Below, piece after piece: positions 49,157-58,914 of a stretch of DNA of 64,000 nt (within the stretch, counting starts at the first letter, position 1; every line of letters starts with the position of its first letter). The notes below the pieces were generated by a model that saw only the letters and a list, made by a program, of their open reading frames with translations, was not told where the DNA came from and made no database searches. This DNA comes from Methanobacteriota archaeon (lineage in GTDB: Archaea > Thermoplasmatota > Poseidoniia > Poseidoniales > Thalassarchaeaceae). The stretch spans positions 8,961-72,960 of the forward strand of contig JAERST010000003.1 of assembly GCA_016845365.1 (NCBI GenBank), in the 5' to 3' direction. Made by a program: the position numbers and the translations under genes.

Positions 49157-50038
49157 TCAGATTTCGATGCCAAACCATCCACGTAACGCGATACCAATTC
49201 CGAATGAAATCGCGCTGACCACAACCAAAATTCCAGCCATTTCAGTAAAGCGCTTTCCAAATGATTCATCCTGTGCCACCGCTACATAGCCGTTGAAAGC
49301 GGCAACGATGCCCAAACCAATCCCTAGCGTGCAAACAAGAGCCTGCATGTGTGGTTCTAAGCCGAGGCGCAGAGGATCTTCGCCACTTAGCAAAAGATAG
49401 GGCATGACTAACAGCATGACTGTCGCGATGTAAGCGATTCCAGTGAACGCAGCTGCCTTCAGCGGGGAGCGACCATCGTTCTCTTCTTTAGTTGCCAAAT
49501 ACTCTGAAGCCGCCATCGAAAAAGATGCTGCTATTCCTGTAACAAGGCCAGCTAAAGCAACAAGATTTAGCGATTGAAAAGCGAAGGTCAATCCGGCTAA
49601 AGCGCCGGTTAATTCGACGAGGGCATCAGAAAGTCCAAGAATTACAGAACCGAGATATTGCAAGCCTTCTTCTTCCAAGAGGCCGACTAATTCTGCCTCG
49701 TGTGCTTCTTCCTCTTCCGCAATTTCATCGAGGCCTAATTCACGATATTCAGAAGCCATTTTCTTCTCGCTATTTTCCATCATTTTGACAGTAAAAGTGA
49801 GACCAAAAAATCTCGCTAACAAAATCTGCCAAATCACCATTAATCGATTGATTTTGACAACTTCTCCTGTCCGCTCAGCAATCACCGCTTCATGCCGCTC
49901 TTCTTCGCGTGCAATACGTTCGAGAACCTCACGATTCGCCTCATCTTTCTGGGCTCTTGCAAGTCGTCGGTAGACCTCCGCCTCGGTCGCTTCCATTCGT
50001 TGGAGGCGGAGCAGTCGGCGGCGGGTGGATTCTTCCAT
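49157..50038 (-). CDS. Erythrin (ferritin-like)-VIT1/CCC1 family iron transporter
   Basis: N-terminal EEERH and EEEAH di-iron motifs; ILGLSDALVE, GIAASFSMAASEYL VIT1 signature. Confidence 0.9.
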   Translation of the reverse strand: MEESTRRRLLRLQRMEATEAEVYRRLARAQKDEANREVLERIAREEERHEAVIAERTGEVVKINRLMVIWQILLARFFGLTFTVKMMENSEKKMASEYRELGLDEIAEEEEAHEAELVGLLEEEGLQYLGSVILGLSDALVELTGALAGLTFAFQSLNLVALAGLVTGIAASFSMAASEYLATKEENDGRSPLKAAAFTGIAYIATVMLLVMPYLLLSGEDPLRLGLEPHMQALVCTLGIGLGIVAAFNGYVAVAQDESFGKRFTEMAGILVVVSAISFGIGIALRGWFGIEI

Positions 50039-50140
50039 GCAATTTGTTTCCGCCGCCGTACCTCATGAACTCATCTGATTGATTCCGTCAGGTTCACGCA
50101 ATTTCTGAGATGTTGTTGCGCACTAGGCGTCAGAACTCTC

Positions 50141-51991
50141 TTGAGTGTGCCAAGACGCGCGAAGCGCGTGTCCCGTACCATTACGAGTCTATTTCTGGTG
50201 CTGCTTTTTGCGGCACCGATGCTTTCAGGATGCTTCGGTAGTGATGGCATCGGTAGCGACTCAGGTAACTCTGATCATTGGCTTCCGCCGGTCGAGGAAC
50301 GAGCCCATTTGACCTATGAGAACGGCGATGTTTTCAGCCGAGTCTCAAATAATGGAAGCCACGGAATCGATGCAGTGCGCTCCGTTTATGTCTCTGTTCC
50401 AGCGATTACAGCTTCTGATGGCGGAGCTGGTGTAACCGGCGGGGCAGAAGTTCATCTTGGACTCTGGCTGCCACAAATCGAAGGCTGTGATTACGATGCA
50501 GCAGAACTACCAGAAGAATGCAAAGTTCCCGTCATCGCCGAAATTGGCCCATATTACGACGACGGCGATGTCGACGCGCTGACACCGGCAAACCGACTCG
50601 GTCGATTCCTCATCGAAAACTACGTCCCGCACGGATACGGAGTCGCTCAAGTCAGCGTCTTCGGTACCGGCGAATCCAACCACTGCATGGACCTCATGGG
50701 ACTCGACGAGCAGGAGGGAATCCACGCAGCAGTCGAGTATCTTGGAACTGCTCCATTCTCAAACGGAGCCGTCGGCATCATCGGAAAATCCTACGACGGC
50801 TCTACACCTTGGGAGGCGGCAGCGATGGGCTCTGAATATCTCAAGACCATCGTGCCGATGTCCGGACTAATCGGGGTACAGGACCTCATGTGGCGCAATG
50901 GCAGCATGGAGGCACGCGGCGCCATCATGCACAACGGGGTGTACGGAAGCTTCGGTCTAGACGGCGATTCGGGAGATATCGAGAATGCCTGTGAGGGTTA
51001 TGTCGAGGGCTATTACGCAGGACCGCTAGCCTATGTGACCGGCGACAACCTCGCCTGGATGGGCTCGGATTATTGGCAGGAACGCCACTTCCTCACGCGC
51101 GCGATGGAGAACTACGCCGGCTCGGTCTACATCATCCACGGACTACAGGACTGGAATGTCGACCCGCACATGGCCTTCCCCGTTCACCGCATGATGCAGG
51201 ACGCTGGATTCGATGTCAAGGGACTCTACGGTCAGTGGGGCCACGATTACCCCGACCGGATGAGCGGCCATCAGGGGCTTTCGAGTGGGCGGGGCGGCGA
51301 GGCTTTCCCATTTACTCTGCGCTGGGACTGGGCTGACGATATGCTCGAGTGGTTCGATTTCTACCTCAAGGGCGAAGGGCCACAGCCTCGTTTAATCGCT
51401 GAAGTTCAGGATAATATGGGCGGCTGGCGAGTCGAATCGACCTATCCGCCAGCCGAGCAAGAATGGCTGCGAATGGGTATGGATGAGTGTACCATTATTG
51501 GCGGTGGAGAGACGATTACTTCCTCTTCCAATCTTCGCATCGAGTGCCCATTCTTCGATGAGGCAACCCGAATCGTTGGCACTCCTACCTTCCACGTCGA
51601 TGCGACGGTGTCTGCCTTCTCGACCAGTGGACACCTCTTCGTTGAGATGGTTCAGGCGAGCACCGGAATGCATCTTGGCCACGCGGTGATGGACCTTCGA
51701 TTCCACGCGGGTGGCAAGAATGGTGAGGTGCTCGGACCGGGCGAGACTGTGAACGCGAAGATGGAATTCTTCGGCATGGATGTGCTAATTCCTGCCGGTG
51801 ATGGAATCCACTTGATTATCTCTCAAACCGGCGAAGATTACATCCCGAGCCCGGTCTCAATGCAACCGGTTACGGTTGGAGTTGGGGCGACCAGCATCCT
51901 TTCTCTTTCTACCGTCCTTCGCGGCTGTGACGACCTCTTCATGCCGCCGATGATGGCCGACCCTTACCCTCAGTGTGTAGCGGAGGAGTAA
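50141..51991 (+). CDS. CocE/NonD family (peptidase S15) secreted lipoprotein hydrolase
   Basis: Lipobox LSGC, GPYY, GKSYDG nucleophile, [14 protein letters not shown]-terminal beta-sandwich. Confidence 0.9.
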   Translation: MSVPRRAKRVSRTITSLFLVLLFAAPMLSGCFGSDGIGSDSGNSDHWLPPVEERAHLTYENGDVFSRVSNNGSHGIDAVRSVYVSVPAITASDGGAGVTGGAEVHLGLWLPQIEGCDYDAAELPEECKVPVIAEIGPYYDDGDVDALTPANRLGRFLIENYVPHGYGVAQVSVFGTGESNHCMDLMGLDEQEGIHAAVEYLGTAPFSNGAVGIIGKSYDGSTPWEAAAMGSEYLKTIVPMSGLIGVQDLMWRNGSMEARGAIMHNGVYGSFGLDGDSGDIENACEGYVEGYYAGPLAYVTGDNLAWMGSDYWQERHFLTRAMENYAGSVYIIHGLQDWNVDPHMAFPVHRMMQDAGFDVKGLYGQWGHDYPDRMSGHQGLSSGRGGEAFPFTLRWDWADDMLEWFDFYLKGEGPQPRLIAEVQDNMGGWRVESTYPPAEQEWLRMGMDECTIIGGGETITSSSNLRIECPFFDEATRIVGTPTFHVDATVSAFSTSGHLFVEMVQASTGMHLGHAVMDLRFHAGGKNGEVLGPGETVNAKMEFFGMDVLIPAGDGIHLIISQTGEDYIPSPVSMQPVTVGVGATSILSLSTVLRGCDDLFMPPMMADPYPQCVAEE

Positions 51992-51995
51992 GCCG

Positions 51996-53543
51996 ATGTC
52001 GCGCCCTGAGAGCAAGGTGAATATCGCCGTTGCTGACCGCATTTTGCTGCATCTTTGGGAGCAGGACCATCAGGCTGACCACTACCTTGTGAGCCGTGAG
52101 GTCACTCGCCCGGGAATCGCAGAAATTTGCGCTCTTCACCCGCCTAACGTCTCACGCGCGATGCGCGATCTCGCATTCGATGGAATGGTCTCAGAGCACA
52201 CTCGGGTGGTTCGCGGGGACGAGCGCCGGCAGAAGACTTGGCAGCTGACCGAGGAGGGTCGCGAACAAGTTGGTCGCAGGTTACCCGAACTTCGACAGAC
52301 CAAGGTTTTGCTACGCGAGCGCGGTGGAAATTTGTTGGAAGTCCGCGCTGATGAGGCCGGGGCTCGGCTTGAAACCGGTCTGACCTTGCTACAAGTTTTA
52401 ATGCACGCCCAACACGAAGGTGTGCTGAACTTTGGAGACATTCGATTCGGCGCAATCGTTCGGGCTGAGAAGGAGGAGGCAGCCGCGCCAGGTTCGCTCA
52501 AATTACTCGCTGGCGCGCACTCAACATACCACACGCGCCCTCCGGAGACTCGCACGGTTCATGGGCGCGAATCTGAGGTTCAGACGCTTGATGATTGGTT
52601 TGAGGGCGATGCCTCGATGGTGGTCATTTCTGGCATCGCCGGATGTGGAAAAACCACTCTGACTAGCCATTGGCTTGAGCACGCCCTCGAATCGAATCCC
52701 AGCCTAGAGGTGATGTATTATCCATGCCAACCTTGGGATTCCACCCTCGGAATCGCCACCAGTCTACTTCACAGGTTGGGAATTAGTTCTGAGAACGAGG
52801 GCGAGGACCCCTACGAAGTCCTCGAAGCGCTACCGTTGAAACCGGGAGCGCGCCTCGATCTCGACCTCTACCGCCGCCGTCTGATCGCACACTTGCTCGA
52901 TGAGGAAGGACGTCGAGGTGAGGCGGCGGATTCGCATCTTGTCATCCTTGATGACGTACACAATATCGGCGCTGATGGAGCGAATTTCTTCGGAGCACTC
53001 CTCCAAGTCGCTGAGTCGACCAGCATGCGTCTGCTGCTGGTCTCCAGAACCAATCTCGCATTTTACGACCGACGCGACGTGCACACGCGCGGTCGCGTCG
53101 TCGAGTTACGATTGACCGGCCTCTCACTTGAAGAAGTTGCAGAATGGATTGACTCAATCGAGCTTCCCTCGGACGCTCCGGCGGAGGAAATCCATCGCGG
53201 CACCGGCGGCCATCCACTCGCGGTTGAATTGCTGGAACTTTACGGCAAAACTCTGCACGATGATTGGTTGCGATTCCTCGATGAGGAAATTCTCGACGTT
53301 CTTCCAGACGACCATCGAGAATTGCTGGCCTTGCTCGCGGTTGCCGACCGCCCAATTCCTTGGGAAAATTTGGCGGCGGCTGCCGGATACGATGGAACGC
53401 CGCCAGAAGCGCTCGTCACTCGCGGCTTGATGCTCGAACTCGAGAGTGGAATGTGGCTGCATGAAGCCCTGCGCTCGCGATTATTGCGCGAGGTCGGCCA
53501 ACCTCTGGAAGAGCGCGCTCGCAAATTGCGAGAATCTCTGTGA
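51996..53543 (+). CDS. wHTH plus STAND-type (NB-ARC/MalT-like) P-loop ATPase
   Basis: N-terminal HTH (TRPGIAE...NVSRAMRDL), HGRESE, GIAGCGKTT, LVILDDVH, VSR, TGGHPLA, LHEALR. Confidence 0.85.
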   Translation: MSRPESKVNIAVADRILLHLWEQDHQADHYLVSREVTRPGIAEICALHPPNVSRAMRDLAFDGMVSEHTRVVRGDERRQKTWQLTEEGREQVGRRLPELRQTKVLLRERGGNLLEVRADEAGARLETGLTLLQVLMHAQHEGVLNFGDIRFGAIVRAEKEEAAAPGSLKLLAGAHSTYHTRPPETRTVHGRESEVQTLDDWFEGDASMVVISGIAGCGKTTLTSHWLEHALESNPSLEVMYYPCQPWDSTLGIATSLLHRLGISSENEGEDPYEVLEALPLKPGARLDLDLYRRRLIAHLLDEEGRRGEAADSHLVILDDVHNIGADGANFFGALLQVAESTSMRLLLVSRTNLAFYDRRDVHTRGRVVELRLTGLSLEEVAEWIDSIELPSDAPAEEIHRGTGGHPLAVELLELYGKTLHDDWLRFLDEEILDVLPDDHRELLALLAVADRPIPWENLAAAAGYDGTPPEALVTRGLMLELESGMWLHEALRSRLLREVGQPLEERARKLRESL

Positions 53544-53640
53544 ATTTTCCTCTCGCTGCGAGCGCGGAGGGCGCGGTGGTTCCAAAGACCAATGAGTCGG
53601 CTCGGCGTTCCCGCGTAAAGCGGCGAGAATTGTCGCGCTC

Positions 53641-53958
53641 TCACGCCATGTGGCGGTTCAACCACTGGTCGAACATAGGCTTCGGCATTGCCCCACCCTG
53701 CTGGTCAACGAGTTGTCCATTGTGGAATAGAAGGAGGGCGGGAATGCCGCGGATTCCGAATTTACCGGCCGAAAGAGGGTTGACATCGGTGTTGACCTTT
53801 GCAACGGTCACCTCACGCTCGCCAGCGACTTGCTCAAGCACAGGAGCAATCATCTTGCATGGGCCACACCAAGGTGCCCAGAAGTCCACGATAACCCACT
53901 CATCGCTCTTGGTTACTGCATCGAAGTCCGCGTCGCCTGCGTCAATCACTCTACCCAT
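53641..53958 (-). CDS. trxA: Thioredoxin
   Basis: VDFWAPWCGPCKMIAP, IRGIP. Confidence 0.97.
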   Translation of the reverse strand: MGRVIDAGDADFDAVTKSDEWVIVDFWAPWCGPCKMIAPVLEQVAGEREVTVAKVNTDVNPLSAGKFGIRGIPALLLFHNGQLVDQQGGAMPKPMFDQWLNRHMA

Positions 53959-54072
53959 TCAATCGCCTCGGGATTCCTTCGCTGCATCGGCGTCCTATGA
54001 ATCCTATTGCGAACGAATGAGTCCGAACTGTTGAGAACCGAAGGCGATTCCCACGGTGCGAGGGGAGCCATC

Positions 54073-54753
54073 GTGGAGGTCGCACCGAGCATCTTGACAG
54101 CCGACTTCGCACGGCTCGGCGAGACCCTCGAAGAGGCTGTCGAAGCCGGCATCAATTGGATGCACTTGGACGTGATGGACGGCAATTGGGTGGTCAACAA
54201 AACCATCACATTCGGGCCGGCACTAATCCGCTCAATCCGCAATCGATTGGGCCCGGATGCCTTCATCGATTGTCATTTGATGATTACCAACGCCGAGGAA
54301 ACTTGGTCGCAGTACGTCGATGCGGGGGTTGACCTGGTCATCGCACACATCGAGGCGGTGGACGATGCGGCCGCGCTAATCGCCAACCTCCACGCGGCCG
54401 ACTGTCAAGCCGGCCTCGTCCTAAATCCCGACACACCAGCCGAAGCAATCCTACCCTACCTTCCCGAACTAGACCTCGTACTGGTGATGTCGGTAGTTCC
54501 CGGAAAGGGAGGACAATCCTTCATGCCGGAAGTCGAGGACAAAGTCCGCGCCTTCCGCGCCGCCATCGATAGCCAAATCGCAGACGGCGGCCGCCCAACC
54601 AAATTGATGATCGACGGCGGCATCAAAGACCACAATTCTGCCCAAGTCGCAGATTGGGGAATCGATGTCGCGGTCGTCGGCAGCGGCCTCATCAACGACC
54701 GCGGAACCATCGCCGAAAACCTCGCAGCAATCAATCGCGCCCTCGCCCAATAA
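54073..54753 (+). CDS. rpe: Ribulose-phosphate 3-epimerase
   Basis: APSILTADF, HLDVMDG, DCHLM, LNPDTP, MSVVPGKGGQSF, IDGGI. Confidence 0.96.
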   Translation: MEVAPSILTADFARLGETLEEAVEAGINWMHLDVMDGNWVVNKTITFGPALIRSIRNRLGPDAFIDCHLMITNAEETWSQYVDAGVDLVIAHIEAVDDAAALIANLHAADCQAGLVLNPDTPAEAILPYLPELDLVLVMSVVPGKGGQSFMPEVEDKVRAFRAAIDSQIADGGRPTKLMIDGGIKDHNSAQVADWGIDVAVVGSGLINDRGTIAENLAAINRALAQ

Positions 54754-54850
54754 TCCACCCGCGCCAGCCCAATGAGCCAACTCTTCGCTGCTCCAACCCT
54801 TCCCACGAGCGCGCGAGCATTCAAATCACACCAGCCCGGGCAACCATCCA

Positions 54851-55177
54851 ATGGTCTCCGAGGAATGGATGGTCGCTGAAGTCCTCAAGGTCGTCCCCGA
54901 CGCTACCGTCGAGGCCAAGGACTTGCACGGTAGCGGCGACCATTGGCACGTTCGCGTGATTTCAGCAAGCTACGAAGGGGTGCGGCCGTTGCAGCGACAA
55001 CGGCCGATTTTGCGCCACTTCAAGCCGCATATCGCGCAGAACTCTGTCCACGCGCTTGACCTCAAGTGCATGACGCCCGAGCAGGCCGCGCAGGCTGGGG
55101 ACACGTCTTTCGACCCTCACGGCGGGGGGGAGATGGAATTCTTCGGAGTACACATCCGCCGACCCGAAAAGGAGTGA
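54851..55177 (+). CDS. BolA/IbaG family protein
   Basis: DLHGSGDHW.V.VIS..YEG...LQRQR, VHALDLKCMTP. Confidence 0.9.
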   Translation: MVSEEWMVAEVLKVVPDATVEAKDLHGSGDHWHVRVISASYEGVRPLQRQRPILRHFKPHIAQNSVHALDLKCMTPEQAAQAGDTSFDPHGGGEMEFFGVHIRRPEKE

Positions 55178-55181
55178 GAAA

Positions 55182-55514
55182 ATGACCTTCAATTGGACAC
55201 CCGCAGAACTCGACGCCCTCGTCAACGAACACCGAATCGTCCTCTTCATGAAGGGCACACCGCAGGAGCCGCGCTGTGGATTTAGCAACCGCGCGGCGAT
55301 GGTTTTGAGCCAAATTGGCGAGCCATTTACCAGCGTCAATGTGCTGATGGATCGCCGGGCCATTCCATTGGTTTGTGAGTGGGCCGACTTCCCTACAATG
55401 CCTCAGATTTACATTCACGGTGAGCTCATCGGAGGCTCCGATATCGCCCTCGAAATGTATCAATCAGGCGAGTTGCAACAAATGATCGCCGATGGCGACG
55501 AAGCCTCTGAGTGA
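55182..55514 (+). CDS. grxD: Monothiol glutaredoxin (Grx4/GrxD)
   Basis: LFMKGTP..PRCGFS, FPTMPQIYI.GELIGGSDI. Confidence 0.95.
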   Translation: MTFNWTPAELDALVNEHRIVLFMKGTPQEPRCGFSNRAAMVLSQIGEPFTSVNVLMDRRAIPLVCEWADFPTMPQIYIHGELIGGSDIALEMYQSGELQQMIADGDEASE

Positions 55515-55523
55515 GGGGATTTC

Positions 55524-56456
55524 GTGGCGACGGCTGAGGACCGTCGCACGATGTTGATAGCACTTGCAGGTGCGACGATAATCTCCTTCGCTCCGCTTCT
55601 CTACATTCGCTCTGACACCGCTCCGCTGACCGGAGCTTTCTACCGAATGTTGTACGCTTTGCCGCTGCTTGCGATTCTGGTTTGGATGGGTAAGCGCGAG
55701 GATGGGCGTGACTCCCGTTCGCGCTGGCTTGCCTTCGGTGCCGGCGTATTATTGGCGATCGATTTCGCCGGCTATCACACCGCGATTGATTACGTTGGAA
55801 GCGGTATCGCCACAATGACCGGAAATACGCAAGTCATCATTGTGACTTTGGTAAGTTGGTGGTTATTCGGCGAGCGACCCAATCGCTTCATTCTGCTCGC
55901 TTTGCCGATGGTGATGTTTGGCTTGGTGCTGATTTCAGGAATCTGGGATGACGCGGCTTACGGCAAGGACCCTGTGAAAGGCGTCATGGGAGGAGTTGTC
56001 GCTGCAGTCTTCTATTCCTCATTCTTGATTCTCTATCGTCAATCGAATCGCATCGGTGCTCCAGCGGTCAATGCGCAATTTGATGCAACCGCTGGCGCAA
56101 CACTCGGCTTACTCTTCCTCGGCTCGATCCCGCTCACAGGCATCGGCATCGAGCCGATCAACCACGGATTCACTTGGCCAGGCCACGGCTGGCTAATCGC
56201 TCTGGCAATCTCCTGCCAAGTCATCGGCTGGATTGCAATCACCTACGCCCTGCCCCGATTGCCAGCCGCTCACACCTCGTTCGCAGTCCTATTGCAACCG
56301 GTGCTCACAATCGTCTGGGGAGTTCTGCTCCTCGGCGAATCACCCTCCATGATGCAATCCAGCGGTATGGTTCTGATATTCGCCGCAATCATCGCCGTCA
56401 CACTCTTCGGCGCGGCCGATAGCAGCGCTGACTCCGCGCCGAATCCTGCCGAATGA
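55524..56456 (+). CDS. EamA/DMT family transporter
   Basis: About 10 TM helices, two EamA repeats (LFGERP; LLQPV...LLGE). Confidence 0.92.
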   Translation: MATAEDRRTMLIALAGATIISFAPLLYIRSDTAPLTGAFYRMLYALPLLAILVWMGKREDGRDSRSRWLAFGAGVLLAIDFAGYHTAIDYVGSGIATMTGNTQVIIVTLVSWWLFGERPNRFILLALPMVMFGLVLISGIWDDAAYGKDPVKGVMGGVVAAVFYSSFLILYRQSNRIGAPAVNAQFDATAGATLGLLFLGSIPLTGIGIEPINHGFTWPGHGWLIALAISCQVIGWIAITYALPRLPAAHTSFAVLLQPVLTIVWGVLLLGESPSMMQSSGMVLIFAAIIAVTLFGAADSSADSAPNPAE

Positions 56457-56711
56457 ATTGCGGCCGCGCTCGGGCAAATCGAGCCTCGCGGCCGCTTCCG
56501 ATAGGTGTACAGGGCGAGAGACACAAGCGAGGGGATGGGATGCACTCAGCGAGAACCTCAACGGCCCCGTACGAGCCAGCCTTAGAGCCCGCGATTGATA
56601 ATCGTTGTGCGAATCACGCTTCTTAGACCCGCAAACGCTGCACTGAGCGCCTATTCATCCTGAGCATCCACAACTGGCACACAATAAAATCGCGGCACCG
56701 CGCCAATAATT

Positions 56712-57725
56712 TCACTCGACGCTAAGCACTTCTGGACCACCCTCAGTAATCCAAACCGTGTGCTCGAACTGACCAATCATTCCACGATCTTCACAGCGCA
56801 GGGCAGCATAAGTCTCGAGGAAACGAATCGAAATCAGCTTCTTCGTCAACGCATTCCACTTCTTTCGCAGCGTCTCCTGCTCCTCGCCAGGGAATGGCTT
56901 CTCGAGGAGCGGGTATGCCCAGCGCTCGGCGAAAGGCAGAGTGTGATAACGCTCCTCGATATAGCGAGCCATCGTTGCACCGAGCGGCTTTAGCTTGCCC
57001 TTCGACATCGCCTTTCGAATGGTGATATCACCGGTGACGCGGAAGATATTGCTCGAATGAGCGGGAGGGATATTCTCGATCATCCCGCTCTTACCAGTGG
57101 TGTTGAACGGCTCGACCGCGTACACCGAACCAAGTTCGACTCCACCCTTGAAGCCCATGCTGTCAGCACCGCACGCGTATGATGGAATCGAGGTTCCAGC
57201 GTGCAGATTCCAGCGCTTCAATTCGTGTCCGCACAAATTGCGAATCGGCTCGAACCCAGCATCGGTGTGAACCTGTTCGGCCGCAGCACCGACCTCATGC
57301 CAAGGCGTTCCCGGATGCATCTTCTCAATCGATGCATCCCTCGCTTCTCGCGCCGCCGTGATTTGCTCGGTGTGATTTCCACCATTTCCAACTTCGATTG
57401 TCATCGCGTTGTCGGCGAGAGCCCCAGCGATATGCACGCCGACATCGAGTTTGACGAGGTCACCCTTCTGGAAAACCATCTCCCCCTCGAAGCCATCAGG
57501 AGGCGTCAAACGAGAATCCGCTGTGTAATGAGCGGCTATATCGTTGACCGAGATGGTGACCGGGAATGCAGGTGTCCCACCATGTCGACGGATGAAGCGT
57601 TCAGCTGAGTCAATCACTTCGTCCCAAGCTTTGCCAGCGACGATTTCGCCATTAATTCCTTCAAGCGTACGTCGGGCTACATGTCCGGCGTCTCGCCATT
57701 GTTTGAGATCTGATTCTTCCACCAT
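56712..57725 (-). CDS. map: Methionine aminopeptidase, type II
   Basis: AFPVTISVNDIAAHYT, KLDVGVH, NLCGH, AVEPF, QFEHT; type II helical insert. Confidence 0.96.
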   Translation of the reverse strand: MVEESDLKQWRDAGHVARRTLEGINGEIVAGKAWDEVIDSAERFIRRHGGTPAFPVTISVNDIAAHYTADSRLTPPDGFEGEMVFQKGDLVKLDVGVHIAGALADNAMTIEVGNGGNHTEQITAAREARDASIEKMHPGTPWHEVGAAAEQVHTDAGFEPIRNLCGHELKRWNLHAGTSIPSYACGADSMGFKGGVELGSVYAVEPFNTTGKSGMIENIPPAHSSNIFRVTGDITIRKAMSKGKLKPLGATMARYIEERYHTLPFAERWAYPLLEKPFPGEEQETLRKKWNALTKKLISIRFLETYAALRCEDRGMIGQFEHTVWITEGGPEVLSVE

Positions 57726-58321
57726 GTCAGAACCTCATTTTTGGCAATCAATCCCTCTCTCAGCACCTCTATGCTCGCGCGTTCGGGTACATCACAGACC
57801 GAATGCCACGCTATCAACGTACTGGGTGCCCCTCCGGGGGTCTCTCCTGCTACCAAACCCACTTCGTGACCTGCTTCGCGCAGAGTTTCGGCGGCTGCTT
57901 CGCAGGTGGCTGCGGGGGCGGTTCCGCTGATGTTGGCGGAGGTTGCTGTCAGCGGTCCGGTGGCCCGCAGCAGGGCTTTTGCGGTTGGGTGAGCGACGAC
58001 TCGGATGGCGATTTTATCTGTGCCGAGTCGCGCGTCGAGGGCTTCCTTTGCGGGTAGGATGAGGGTTAGGGAGCCCTCGGGAAAATCTGAGAGGATTTTG
58101 GGGATGTCTGGTGTGAGTTCGACAAGCGTTGCCGCTTGTTCGAGGTCCGCCACGCCGATGCTTACGGGCATGTGGGCTGGGCGGTTTTTGATGGCGTAGA
58201 GTTGGTCGAGGGCGGCTGGGGTTGGGAGGCAACCGAGGGCTGGTTGGGTTGTTGTTGGGTAGACGATGCACTCGCCGTTTCGGGCGAGATTGAGGGCATC
58301 GTCTGGGATGGAGTCCGCCAT
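57677..58321 (-). CDS. L-threonylcarbamoyladenylate synthase (Sua5/TsaC, short form)
   Basis: IVYPT, IKNRP, GSLTLIL, IAIR, TATSANISG, PST; overlaps map by 49 bp. Confidence 0.88.
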   Translation of the reverse strand: MADSIPDDALNLARNGECIVYPTTTQPALGCLPTPAALDQLYAIKNRPAHMPVSIGVADLEQAATLVELTPDIPKILSDFPEGSLTLILPAKEALDARLGTDKIAIRVVAHPTAKALLRATGPLTATSANISGTAPAATCEAAAETLREAGHEVGLVAGETPGGAPSTLIAWHSVCDVPERASIEVLREGLIAKNEVLTWWKNQISNNGETPDM

Positions 58322-58330
58322 GCTTCTGCC

Positions 58331-58906
58331 TCAACGGATGTGCTTGCGGTTGGCTGGGGGTAGAGAATTCGCGTGCGCTACGATTGAGCCAACGTGGAGG
58401 TCGATGTTAGATTGGTGTGTGTGGCGCTTGGCTATTCTGTTGAGCTCGCGGATTCCTTGGATGATATTGAGAACTGGGATTAGGAAAACGAGTTTTCGGG
58501 CGGCTCGCTCGTCCCACATTTGGCTGGTCATCGCCGAGCCGTCCTCTGCGAGGACTGCGAGGCCGAACATGCGCTGACCGAGGGAGCGAGAGAAGCGCAG
58601 TCCTGTGAGTCGCCAGTAGAGCCAATGGGAAATGAGTAGAATCGCGGCCATGGCGAGGGCGTAGTGGAAGTCTGGCGAGGACCAAAGTGTGAGGTTCCAG
58701 GCATTCATGATTTGCCAGCGTGTTGCGACCATTAGGATGGTTGTTACGATGACAATATCGACGCTCAGTGCAGCGGTTCTGCGAACTCCTGAGGCGAGGA
58801 TTGTGCCTTCGGGAACCGGCCAGTGGCCACCCTCTTCGGCGCTGAGAATCTGCTTTGCGAGAGTGCCGCCGCCCTGCAGGGAGATGGGTGAGTCGTGGTC
58901 AGCCAT
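58331..58906 (-). CDS. RDD family membrane protein
   Basis: LASGVRRTAALSVD, SLGQRMFGLAV, D...GSIV. Confidence 0.85.
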   Translation of the reverse strand: MADHDSPISLQGGGTLAKQILSAEEGGHWPVPEGTILASGVRRTAALSVDIVIVTTILMVATRWQIMNAWNLTLWSSPDFHYALAMAAILLISHWLYWRLTGLRFSRSLGQRMFGLAVLAEDGSAMTSQMWDERAARKLVFLIPVLNIIQGIRELNRIAKRHTHQSNIDLHVGSIVAHANSLPPANRKHIR

Positions 58907-58914
58907 GTGCTTCC

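Noticed and set aside
56457..56711. ncRNA or small gene in the gap between convergent genes
   Set aside because: Only a GC-rich imperfect hairpin near 56460-56495, consistent with termination; no other support
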